This document shows positions 38,446-49,911 of a DNA stretch of 64,000 bases, piece by piece. Below the pieces are notes generated by a model that was not told where the DNA came from, did no database searches, and saw nothing but the letters and a program-made list of their open reading frames with translations. The number at the start of each line of letters is the position of its first letter. Within the stretch, counting starts at the first letter, position 1. The DNA is from Zygnema circumcarinatum SAG 698-1b (lineage: Eukaryota; Plantae; Zygnematophyceae), in assembly GCA_037447605.1 (NCBI GenBank), contig CM074805.1, positions 3,939,361 through 4,003,360 of the forward strand, in the 5' to 3' direction. The position numbers and the translations under genes were made by a program.

Positions 38446-40283
38446 TCATCCCGAGAAGAAGGCACATGCAGACTGGTTGGAGCCTGCAAAAACTGCCAGG
38501 TTTTCACGATCAAACATCGTTGCAAGGGACAAGTAAAGGAGATGGTGCACAGGAAGCCTCGTCCTCAGGGCTCCAATCCCCCTCCAAATCAGCGTGTTCA
38601 TTATAAATTTCTCCAGCTCTCCGCTTGAACTCCTTCAACTCCTGCTCCACGAGAAACAGTCTCTGCATTCCATAGCATCGAAAAAAAACAGTCAGTCAAC
38701 CGATGCGAAACCCGTACTTAAAAAACTAGTAGAGCATGATGCAATTCAGGCTGACAGGCAAAAGAATTCGATGCAAGCAAACGCAAGTGGTGCCATTTCT
38801 TATAACCTTTAGGATCAAACCAGTTTTTGCTGTCTCGGCTTAACGAGCAGCCATCTCACAGCTTAATGAAGAATAACACAGAATTACAAAGATGCAATAG
38901 CCATCTCTTTGGAAATCACCTTGAGTATATCACAGCAAGCAAGAAAGTCAAGCAACAAGAGAAACATTCGCACGATTAACAAGGATAATCAAACTTCACC
39001 TCTTGGAGAGTCATGTTCTCTTCTTGAAGGTGGGCGATCTCAGTCTCCTGTTCTTCGACTCTTGCCTGTAAAAACCTGTTGCCATTCCTTCCTTCACAGT
39101 CAGCTCCACCTGGACTGTAAAGCATGTCAAACCTTTGCCACCCATCATCCTTTCTGTCCTCTTCTTGTTGCTCATGTTTGACAATCGGCTGATTATCGAC
39201 CTGATGCACCTGCTCCACACTGTCACTGCTTGTTGTTCCATCAGCAGATTCGGCACTGGTCTCCTTATCCACTGCCACATCACTACCCCCTGATGATTCC
39301 AAATCTGGACTGCACCGGAGTCTGATGCAACCATTCATTGATCCATAGGGGTCAACATGTAACTCCTTTGCCTCCTCCACCAACTGATCACCAGCTGTTC
39401 CAGACGCCCATGGACTGGGAGAAACGGCTAGAGCTGGCAGGGTAGGAGAGACAGCTGGCGCCATAATACCTAGCTTGTTAGCTCGCATAATAAATGATGT
39501 TGTATTTCGGGGAGCTTCAGGCACCGACGTCAGGTCTGAGGAACGCTTGAATCTCTTGTTACGGTGAAAGTACTTCTTCGTGTTTTTTTGGTTTTGGCGG
39601 CTCAGGTCATGAAGCCTTGGGGGCCTGAACTCCATATTCTTCCTGTGACCAGGCCCGGGAAGTATAGCACCTTCTGTCGGATCGGCATCCACCATTTTGC
39701 GCTTCTGGTGCGTGTAGTTATACGAGTTGTTATACGTATTGTTGTATCTCTTCCGTTTCGCGATAGGGCCGCGCTGCCCTGGCTGCTGAGTTGAGACATT
39801 CGATCTGTATCCAGGGTCGTCCGAGAGTAGACCATCTGGCGGAAAGCCTGCACCCTTAGCCCGAGGAGGTTGGCCTCTCCAGGGCTGCTTCCGAGGGAAC
39901 TCTCTTGAGGCCCGTGGAAAACTCGTCACTGCCTTTCTCGCCGCAGCACTTTCTTCCAGTGTCCGGTGCATCTGGAGAGGACCAACCGTCGGCAGCATCC
40001 CTCGCTCATAGCGGGCCATAGGAGGCTTCATATCCAATATGTCGTGATAATAAGGTTGCCTCCCTGATGGATGGAAACCAGACACATCACTTAAACCTGC
40101 AAAAACGGTCACAGAGAGTTTCAGCTATGAAGAATTGACAGAAGCAACTCGCATGATCAAAACGATAACTCAAATAACAAAATCAAACAACGCCTACAAG
40201 ACAGCGAAGCAACATGCCCAAAATCACAAATAATCTTTACCTGGCGGATGATCACATGGTTGCATCATCATAGTGGCTATCAT
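38446..40283 (-). CDS. PRLI-interacting-factor-A-like protein (basic region, APRNTTSFIM motif, acidic region, C-terminal coiled coil); exons about 40283-40232, 40096-39000, 38662-38446
   Basis: PEAPRNTTSFIMRANK, VDPYGSMNGCIRLR, QRFDMLY and IAHLQEENMTLQE|RLFLVEQEL match the recalled motif order of this plant family. Confidence 0.8.
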
Positions 40284-41188
40284 TCCTCCGCCGAAAAAGG
40301 TGGGTTGTGTCTCAAGAAGTTGCTGCAGCACACGTAAAACACGAACATGGAGTCAGCCCCGCTTGGCGAACATCTTAGTCTGTAAAAAACTGCGGGTGAG
40401 AAGCAAAATTCACGACGAAAGGATGAAGGTAGAAGAAAGACATCTCAGCCATCTCATCTCATCTCATCTCATCTTCAAGTATCTGGAAGTACTAAAACAT
40501 ACGAAGGTGAAGTATGAAAGAGACAGTCAGCATCCGAGCCTCGAACGTATTGTACCTCCCTTGCAATCCATGACATACAGAAAAGCAGCCAGCCTAGGAC
40601 CCTCGGACGATACACGTCAAGCAGTTCACTATGCATCATGAAAAAAAACGTTGTCTTCTTTACCGAAGGGACCAGTCAGACTATGAACACACCGCACACC
40701 GCATGCACAAAAAAAACCGATAGCCAACACAATCCACAAAAAAAAAATTACATGCAAAAATACAAACGAAGGAGGCAGCACAATACAACATCTCACCTAC
40801 CTAAAGTCCCCTCTTCTCCGAGTCTCATTCATCAGAAGCAGAAAAAAACTAAACAAACAGAGCATATCCTTACCTTATCTCAAATTTCTCGTCTCAAGAA
40901 CCAGACGCTTTCGGGAAACCTAATCCCTGAAAGCCAGAAACTCTGCAGTTTTCGAACGCCCGTCCAACTGTAGACGCCCGCTTACAAATATGCAAACAAC
41001 CTCTTCAATATCAAGAACGTGCTGCACAAGTTATTGAAAATATTTAAGCAAACGTCTCTCTTCCCGGAATCCCTTCCCTTTCCCCTCCAGGTCAGCGCGA
41101 GCTTGCCTGCTCAACCAAGGTCTGCCTGGCTGTTTTCAGGGCCTGCCCTCCGTCATAGTGGAGCCACTAACGCCCCTCGGCGAACGAC

Positions 41189-41400
41189 AGCCGTTGGATC
41201 CCTCTTGCCCCCGCAGGATCGGCTTTTCCACGTTCGACTTAGATCGAATTCCAGCCGTTGGATCCATTTCGCACGTCCCCTTTATATGCGGATCGACTCG
41301 CAGCCGTTGGATCAGTTTGCCCTCTTCGAATGGGATCGCATCTCAACCGTTGGATCAGTCCGAGCCCTTTTTGTTTGGGTCGCATCGCAGCCGTTGGATC
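41189..41400 (-). promoter_or_regulatory. Five MSA-type elements (GATCCAACGGYT) around a TATAAA (41286-41281)
   Basis: CCGTTGGATC is identical at about 41191, 41255, 41304, 41347 and 41391; its reverse complement fits the MSA consensus YCYAACGGYY. Confidence 0.75.
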
Positions 41401-41461
41401 CGTCACGTCACGTCCCCTCCGTGTCAATTTGGATGGGAAATCGCGGAGCGGCGCCAATCAC

Positions 41462-41655
41462 GGGCCCGCCCGAGCCGCGGGCCCGGCCCGGGCCGGCCCG
41501 GCCCGGCCCGGCCCGGCCCGGCCCAAAGCGAAGCGAAGCGACTGCTCGGGTCGGGAAACGGCCGGGAGGAGCGAGGGAAGGGAAGGGAAAGGGAAGGGAA
41601 GGGCGAATCAATGGCGGGGCAATCGAACGAATGAATCCACTGACTGACTGACTGA
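41462..41655. repeat. GC-rich simple repeats: (GGCCC)n, (GCGAA)n, (GGGAA)n, (GACT)n
   Basis: Direct reading of the sequence. Confidence 0.85.
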
Positions 41656-42224
41656 ACAATAACACGAACAACAATGAACATGAGAGGAAGGAAGGCTGGA
41701 AGGTACCGTACACCTATACTTTCTAGGAAGGAGGGGGACCGTGGAATGCCTTGGACTCGGGTAACAAGTAACAACGCAACGGCCGTTCCTTTCTCGCTTG
41801 CTAAGGTTGGACAGTTCATAACAGTACTGTACTTGGATGGCCTAGAGAATCCGCAATGATCCGCCATGGAGATATCTACACTTCCAAAAACCAAATGAGG
41901 AAACTCGCGAGCAACTTTGACGCCTGAGGGGCAACAGAGAAGGGGTAGATCATGAATGTCGTAAAGGGATAATATGGCTCGCAATTTGCTATTCTTGTTT
42001 TGTTTGATTTTTTGATTCTTGGTGTTTGTGTTTGTTTGTGCTTCAAGCGCTCGTGAAGACGGTAAACTGCACGTGGATTTTGGACATGGAACATGAGCAT
42101 CGATTGGAAATATCCTTCTATTGCTTGTCTACATGAAGTCTTCCTTCGGGCAGTTTGCAGTCTAATTGTTTCCTTTGGCAATGCAGTATATAAGGAACCG
42201 ACCAAAAACACCACCAATAGCAAA

Positions 42225-45200
42225 TCACAGCAGGAGTGTGTCGGAGTCGCCCTGTGGCCCAGAAACATCCCTCCGATTCTTCTTAGAGGATGGAGCGGGT
42301 TGAATATGGTCTGTGTCGAGCCTTGTCGTGCCATCAATTCTTGTAACTTGTATGACATTGTCAGCGAAGCGCTGGAAACTCGAGTTGTGACTGATGCATA
42401 TGACTTGGCTTTCAGAGCATATGAGTGTCTTGATAAGGTCTGCAACAAGCTGTTGGTTCTGCTCGTCCAGCGCTGCGTCCACTTCATCCATGAGATACAC
42501 GCAGCTGCACTCTAGTTTGGCCACTGTCAGCGTGAAAGCCAAGCTTACCAGCGTCCTCTGTCCGCCTGCAAACGCGAACATGGGAGGGCCAGAAGCATGT
42601 CATGTATGTTATGTGTTATGCATGTGTTTCGTGGTAGATGACAGTGAAAACAAAGGCAGATATAGTGAAATTTGAAAGTTGGAAAGGTGGACATGGAATT
42701 GATGATTCACTCCCAACCGCCCCCAACGCCAGTTACGCCAAGAAAATTATTAGGTAGAATTGAGGACGAGGTTTACCTGACAACTCGCTCAGACTGGTCT
42801 TCCACTCCTGGGGAGAGGGAGCTTCTCCCTTAGCGGTGTTCGCAAAAATGAACCTCACTCCATTGTCGACCTCTGGTCCAAGCTTTTGCAAATCGAAAGT
42901 CTTGTTGGGAAGTAGATGCTTGCAGCATCGGACAAAGGAGGCTCTTACTGCCTCAAATGTTGAGTCGTTGACCGCTTGCACCTGTCCATTTAACATTCTC
43001 ACCACTTATGAACCATTTAATGGCAACAAATTTCGTATTTTTCGTTTAAAAAAGAGGCAAAGTCATTTCTTCATTTCAAACAGACGGACCTTGTGGCGGT
43101 TTCTTTCAATCCCTTCATTCAAAGAGTCAATCGACTCCACGATGGAAGCAGCCCTTTCTTTGAACGTTTCCAGTTTGGCGATACGCTCATTGAGGGCTAC
43201 TTGTTCATCAAGTGACAGCTGTTGCAGCTCAGACCTGTAAGAAAAATGCAGTTCATTCTTTACACAGCTCGCAAGTTTACTTGAAGCAGACGAGTTGAAC
43301 TAGATTTTTAAACATTCGTGAGCCTTTTCTTCGCTACTTCCTCTGACAGAAATTCAAGATTCATTATCTATCTGTCAATGTTGAGAAAAAAGGACGATCG
43401 TGAGTACAGAAAGAATGCCAAACATTCCTAACCACGAGGGCGGCTGTTTACCTGAGAGCCTGCTGGTCTGCTTCAAGCTCACGGAATCTGAGTTTACAAG
43501 CCGTGTACTGTTTCTCGTTGAGAATTGGTAACGGATTATTGAATTCAGATGTAAGCGGACCCTGCGAGTTCGACAGAGGCTTAGAGCTGAGCATATTTCA
43601 GAGAAAACCGAAACACTAAACCTTTGCCGGAAATATTTCTAGTCGTGCATGCGATAGGGTTTAAACTGCGATAACCTCACACGCTAACAACGCTGTTTCC
43701 CAGGGATATGCGAAAAATGAAGTATTGGCGACTGACCTTGTTCCCCTCACATTGAGGCAACCCCTCCAGTTCCTTCACAATGGAATCGCGCTGTCCCTCG
43801 AGCTGAGTAAAAGTCTCCTTTTCCCTTTCCAGCTCGGCCGTTAGAGTCACAAGCTCACGGTGAATCGCATGGAACTTTTCAGCCATGGCTGCTGTCTGTT
43901 CATCGTGCTTCTTCATGGCTTCCTTCTCAAAAATAATCTCCTCGTCGACTTGTTGCAGTTCAGACTTCAACTTTTCCAAGTTCATTGTCTGGACATCGAC
44001 TTCCTTTTGCAAAGATTCAGAAGTCGCATTGCCGGCTGTAGCTTGGAGCCTTTGTTTACGCTCCTCACATCTTGCCTTTTCCCATAACAGTTTGTTTCGA
44101 GTTTCCTCTATGGCAGCCTCATCCCCCTTTGCACCTTCAATGGCTGCGGCGATGACTTCGACTCCGCTGCAGTTCACAGCGATCCGTTTTTCGTGCTCCT
44201 CCAGCCTCCCCTCCATCCTTGAGACTTCCTCCTTTAGGGCTTCCATGTGCAGGCGTGTCCCTTTCAATGCGGTTTCATGTCTGGCCAATTCAGAGTGCAA
44301 ACATTGAAGCTGCACAGACATAGGTAAACTTAAACGCCAGTGGGCCCTTATCCCTGAATAGCATTGCAGTCAGCCGAATGAGGAACTTCTTAGCTAATGA
44401 ATATTGTCCATTGACCCGTTTTTTTTGTAATGGACTCACTTGTTCCTGTCCTGCTGCAGCTTTGAGTTGAAGGTCCTTTTCCTTGCGGGCTTGCAAACTC
44501 CACATCTCGACTTCGCCTTGCGCTCTCTCTTTCTCCTGGACAGGAACCCGACCATTGGCGATTTCGTTGAAATCGCAATAGCTTCCATTGCCTTTTCAAA
44601 AGCCAAAAGCCATGGTTCAAGTAGTTTTCCCAACATCCCCACAGACACTCGGGCATGTATTCCATAAGCATTGATAAACGCTAAGTCGAATATGCTTACC
44701 TCAATAACCCGCTGAAGCTGAGTCCGGAAGTCCTCCAAGCTCCCTTCAGCCGCATCGTGCTCAAGCTTGAGGCTCATATCGTTGCTCGCATGTTCACCTC
44801 TCCACCCCCCAACAATCGACCCTCTGCGATTTATGGTACCATCTACAGTAACGCTCCACACATTGTGGTCCATAGCAAGCACTTTTGCCGTTTCATCATC
44901 TTTGGCAATCACATAACTCCCAAAGGCCTTTTTAATGGCCGCTTTGAAGGTGTCTTTGTATTCGATCAAATCCTCAGGAAGAGTAACGGCGCCCTCTGGC
45001 AATCGACTTTGGGCTTTCCTTTGGTACTCCTGTCTGTCGGTGATTTTCAAGCAGTCAAGCGGCCAAATGCGAGTGAACGCAGCATGCGAAGTTCGAGTAT
45101 CCCATAGCTCCAGTAGTCTCTTGGATGCAAGGCTGTCTCTTACCACACAGATGCTTTTTAGCGAGCCTGAATGCACACAAAAGGGTTTGCTTTCGATGAG

Positions 45201-48200
45201 ATGTGCCAGCTTGACCAGGTTAGGAAATGCTGAAGGTATTGCACCAAATGCACGTGAATTCACGCGTTCCAGTTCGCCTGGTGTCGAGAGAGACGAAACC
45301 ATGCAAGGGAACAAGCGGAAGAGAAATGCCAATGTGTGCTGCACCTGCAATGACGTTAAGAGCTTCCAAGTTTCTCCTCTTGTCGGCAGTCATGCACGCC
45401 TCTCTGAATTTAAAGAGAGTGTGAAGAGGCCACGCCGGAAGGCTCGCCTCTTCTCTGTCCACCTCGCCAAGTTGCGATTCTAGCATCTTAGCGCGTTTGT
45501 ACTCTTCGTTCATCACTTTCGTTAATCTCATGTACTCTGAAATGGCCTTGTCGACTTTGGAAGTCCAAATAGCTAACTGCTGTGCTGCAGACGTTTGGCA
45601 TGTGTGGTAGCCCTCCACTTCTTGCTCCATGCGCTTGATTTCTTGCTGACTTTTTTCCACCGCACGTTTGGCATCCTTCTCATCCAAAATGGCCTGCTCC
45701 AGCTGCTCTTTCCCAACCTTTACGCTGTTTTGGATCTCTTGTATGTAGTCAACGGTGAGGATTTCATCGTTGCCACGCATTCCCGATTGAGATGCTTCGG
45801 CTTCAAGTCTGCAAACCAGCAGTCTTTGGTCCTCTAATTTTACATTTGCTTGCATAATTCGCGCCTCCAGGTACACCAAGTTGTGACGGCATCCTTCCAG
45901 TTCCACAGCAGCTGACTTAAAATGTTCAGCTTTTTGTTTCAGAGCAGCTATTTGCTCTTCGGCCCGTGCAATATCTCGGACAATGCAAGAACGACGCTTT
46001 TCCATGGTTGAGACGTTGACACCGACTTTACCTTTGCAGTTCTTCTGAAGAGTACTCAGTGCATCTTGTTCAGCCCTAAGCTCTTCGATTCTTGCCTCCA
46101 TAGAGCATAAACTCCCTCTCTTTACTACCAAGGCATCCGCCACCTGTGATTCAAGTTGTTCCTGAAACGTTCTCATCTTCCAAACTTGGTCTGAAATCTC
46201 ATACTCTACCTGCAAGGGGTGAATTCTTTCGTGAGGATGCAGCATTCAGTCTGCAACCTGGATTAATGGCAAACTGGCTCCTCACCGCCAGCGTTTAAAA
46301 AAGGAAAAATGCTAAATAGAGGAAAAAAGCCTGATGCCCGTCTGCCTGGTTGGAGATAACAATCCTGATGAAACTGCCTCACCTAATCCTTATCCTTTAT
46401 CCTTAACCTTCGGAGAACCAAAAGATCTTTCAAATGCCTCCCAATGGTTTCCACTCTCTTACCTCATTGCTGCGAGCCATTGCTTTCAGTCTTGTGTTAT
46501 CATTGGCAATCGCTCTGTCGAGGAGGGCTATGTTACGATTTATTTCCTTCAAACTCTTTTCCGTTTTCTCAACTGTTTCAACTGCTTGTCGGACTTCTTC
46601 ATTCCACCGACCTGCGAGAGGAGATCGGCGTCGATGTCATCCTTCCTGATGTGGCAGAACTCCGTTACAGTGAAAGAACAGCATGTATGCATGTGGTGAA
46701 TTCCTTTTAGGCAATGAAGTTTGCTCTATAGTCTACGTTGTGCATGTCCTATTCAAGTACTTCCACAACATACAAGAGATAATATATACAGTCAAAGGCC
46801 TGGTCAGAGTTTGACGAACTCCAACGCGCTAGGATCTGATAGCCTGGATACTGTGTGTGCTTCTGAGTTCTTCTGGTATGCTTTTTATGTTGCCCACGAA
46901 TAGCTCATGCAAATTCACCATGTTCGATCGCCCGGTCTCACCGGCTCCAGATGCCACACCAATAATCGCAGCAATAAGCTTAGGGCTATTGTTATCCGCA
47001 AGCTCCGTTACTTTCGCTTGTTGAAGTATTGCTGATGAATCTTCTAGAAGGAGGCGAGTTTCTCGTAGAAATTCCTATCGCAAAATACAAGAAATTCAGG
47101 AAAATCACAGTTGGCTTCAAACCCAACAAGTGGACGCCTTATATTGCCTGCCTTCGAAAATCCTCATCCGTCCAGCAAACGTTGATGACATTGAATTTAC
47201 ATATTAGTATGCACGCTTACAGAAAATAGACCTGAATGCTTTCTGGATATGGTTTTCGGCTGTAACGCTGTGACGCTTATCAGTACGTGGAAATGAAATG
47301 CACACATGAGCCCTCTCACCAGGGGCGGGAAGGAGATAGTAAGGGGAGGTTCATAATTTACCTTGATTTCCTTTCCGGATTTCAGTTTTCCATCGATTCT
47401 TAACTGACGTGAATAGTCGGGCATTAGCCTTGCAGATAAAACATGCGTTTCAATTTGAGCTTTCTTCGTCGTCGATGGAGAGACCGAAGAGCGAACCACG
47501 AGCTCCACTTCACAGACTTCACCGCTACTGGACGATATGAGTTCAGACATTTGCTGTACCCGTAAAGCTCCGGGCCGCACACCAAGAACAAAGCAAATTG
47601 CGTCTGCAGAATGCTCCAAACCAGTCAGGAAAATATGCGATGCGCCTCCAACCAAACAAAGCCACATCAGAGAAAATGTTATTCCAGAAACGCTGCGATT
47701 TCCGTTGGGATATATCTCAGCTGAGAAATGAAAGTGTTGATGAAATAATTGTCTGATGAATAGATTTCCAAGAATTTAGATACAAGTCAGGCATTGTAAC
47801 CGAGAGGTATGAATGAACGAAAAAATGCACGAATCTGAAAGGAGCGTCAGTTAGAGCTGAAAATCAAGGCGTTACCGATGATATTTGATTTGCCGCTTCC
47901 ATTGGCGCCAGCAATCAGATTGAAGCCCTTAGTGAACGAAATCTTTTGCCGATTGCCTCCAAATGACTTGAAGCCCAAAATGCTGACACCAGTAAGCAGA
48001 GTTAGGAGTCACCGAGGACTTCCCCTGGTTGCTTGACTCCAAAAAAATTTGCAGACACATTACATGAAACAAATCGACCGATCCAACATGTAAAAGTGAT
48101 GCCGGTAATGCACGTAAAGACGGCAGCCTCAACAAGCTACTGAGAATGGAGGAACCATATTCAAGTGAATCACGATGCAAACATGAGCAAACCTGACAGA

Positions 48201-48221
48201 TTCAATGAAGGCGCCGTCCAT
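42225..48221 (-). CDS. Divergent structural-maintenance-of-chromosomes (SMC) ATPase, SMC2-related, roughly 1,200 aa in about 13 exons
   Basis: Spliced head MDGAFIESVSILGFKSFGG...[19 protein letters not shown] (Walker A), Q-loop ILQQAKV, two long coiled coils, hinge AIKKAFGSYVIAKD...VTVDGTINRRGSIVGG, signature WKTSLSELSGGQR, Walker B YLMDEVDAALD. Confidence 0.9.
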
Positions 48222-49207
48222 TATCTTGTCCGCCCGAGTTACCACGTCACAAATTGCCTCTGCTTTCCAATGCAACGCCTGTGAGAAGGCAGCAAACCTC
48301 CAATCTATCACTGCAAGTGATCGGCGGTCTACAACAGGCTCCAGCAGTGCATCAGCAGTTGCCGTTCTGCATGGAGCGCCTGTTGCCGCGGAACACAAAC
48401 CCAGGCAGCGAGAAAACGACGATTCTCAAACAAATGCGATATTTCGTCCAGTTCAGAGAAGTTCCGAGAGCTGGGAATGCTTGAGAGTTGGTGATATACA
48501 AAAGAACAACAGAAGTGCTGGCCTCCCTCCGCGCGCCGCACTTCCGACCGTCGATCGACCGGAGGGCCCTCTTGCACGTATGCAAGCTTCGCTCCCGGCG
48601 GGCGGGTTGGGGCTCGACGCGACTGTTCGTGTGGTGCCTACTGCGTTTGTGGGTAGGTGGGCTCTTGTTGCTCCTATTTTCCTATTCCTATTCCTGTTTT
48701 CCTGTTTTTTCTTGTGGCTGATCGTCCGTTGCTTCAGTCTGTTATTGCTCATGTTGATGGTTCGTGGCGAGCCCGGAGTTCGCCCTGATTTGACCCTCTC
48801 TCATGGACGTTGCTCGCCGCATGTTTGGGGATGTTTGTGTTGGCCGATCCGACACGTCACCATAAAGGCTTGGCTGCTCGCGATGCGGCCCTTCGCAAGG
48901 AGCCATTGCGCATATGCCCACCGTGACGTGACGCGGCCGACGAGTTTGTTCCTATGGCTGTTGCGATATTTGGTTGCCTTGACGCCCGTTTGGATGCCTC
49001 TCGTCCTCCGGCGATCCTCGCTACTTCGCCCTTCAGTGTTGCCCCCCTCCTTCCGCGTGAAGCCGCGGTAGTCGGTGACCGTGTCGGTGGCCTTCCGCCG
49101 CTCCCTCCGCGCGATGTGATGTGCCGCACATCGATCGGTGACCTTCGCGGCTGCTTCGAGGGAGGGCTTGAAGCGGTGTTGAGCCGAGGCGTAGCTTTCC
49201 GCTCCTA

Positions 49208-49305
49208 CCTTTTTTCTTTGTCCTTGGGTCCTTTGCGGCCAGTTCCTCGTGGTTCCCCATGATGATATTGTCCATTTACATGATCGTGAGATCAATGCCA
49301 CATCC
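49208..49305 (+). mobile_element. Copy D of the short dispersed repeat (internal hairpin deleted); short copy E at about 49736-49753
   Basis: CCAGTTCCTCGTGGTTCCCCATG...TTGTCCATTTACATGATCGTGAGATCAATGCCACATCC; the upstream T-rich stretch also aligns with copy A. Confidence 0.6.
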
Positions 49306-49752
49306 TTTGCTGGCCATTGCACTAGCTCATACTAAAGGTTGGTTTGAATGGCATTTATCTCCATGTCGGGAGCTGCCCTTATTAGCGAGTTGGGGTAGAC
49401 TAAATAGAAGCTTGGACCTCCTTGAACAACTTCATACATATTTTTGTTCGAAAATTCTGAACTATAGACGCTTAAGAGCAAACGAGACACCTCCATTCTG
49501 ATATACTATCGCGAGTTTAACACAACTTCATTTTACACCTTCCCAGTAGAACGAAGCCTTCATCTTTGAACATTCCTTTCGTATATGTCATGGATGACAT
49601 AGCCCTCACGAGCAAGCGCATGGGATGGGCATGGGCCTCTGCGCCATCACATGCATGCACATGAACCAGAAACTCACCATGCCCATTACTCACCCTGCCC
49701 GACTCGATCACAATTCCCGTCGCTCCCCCCGGTTGTTCCTCGTGGTTCTCCA

Positions 49753-49911
49753 TACCGTACGGTTTTTTTATCAAACCCTGAGTCCAATGCCGAGGGCAAG
49801 TTCCCCCTCGGCCGCATCCATCTGAACGAGCCGTATACCGTACGGTACCAAACATAGCCATGACCGTACACCCGTATAGGTCCCTACTCCCTGGTCTCCG
49901 CCGTACAGTAC
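49753..49911. promoter_or_regulatory. GTAC (SBP-box/CuRE core) cluster upstream of the DIV-like MYB
   Basis: Six GTAC cores in 155 bp, including TACCGTACGG at 49753 and 49836. Confidence 0.55.

Noticed and set aside
40028-40087. Apparent 19-codon uORF whose TGA overlaps an ATG (ATGA) in the PRLI-interacting-factor-A-like gene
   Set aside because: An upstream exon (ATG at 40283, MIATMMMQPCDHPPG) splices in frame, so this lies inside the CDS.
41019-41984. Several 100-210 aa ORFs on both strands
   Set aside because: They arise from GC-rich promoter repeats (GGCCC, GGGAA).
48205-49071. 288-aa plus-strand ORF
   Set aside because: No recognisable domain, non-coding-like composition, and it overlaps the SMC 5' end and GC-rich repeat DNA.
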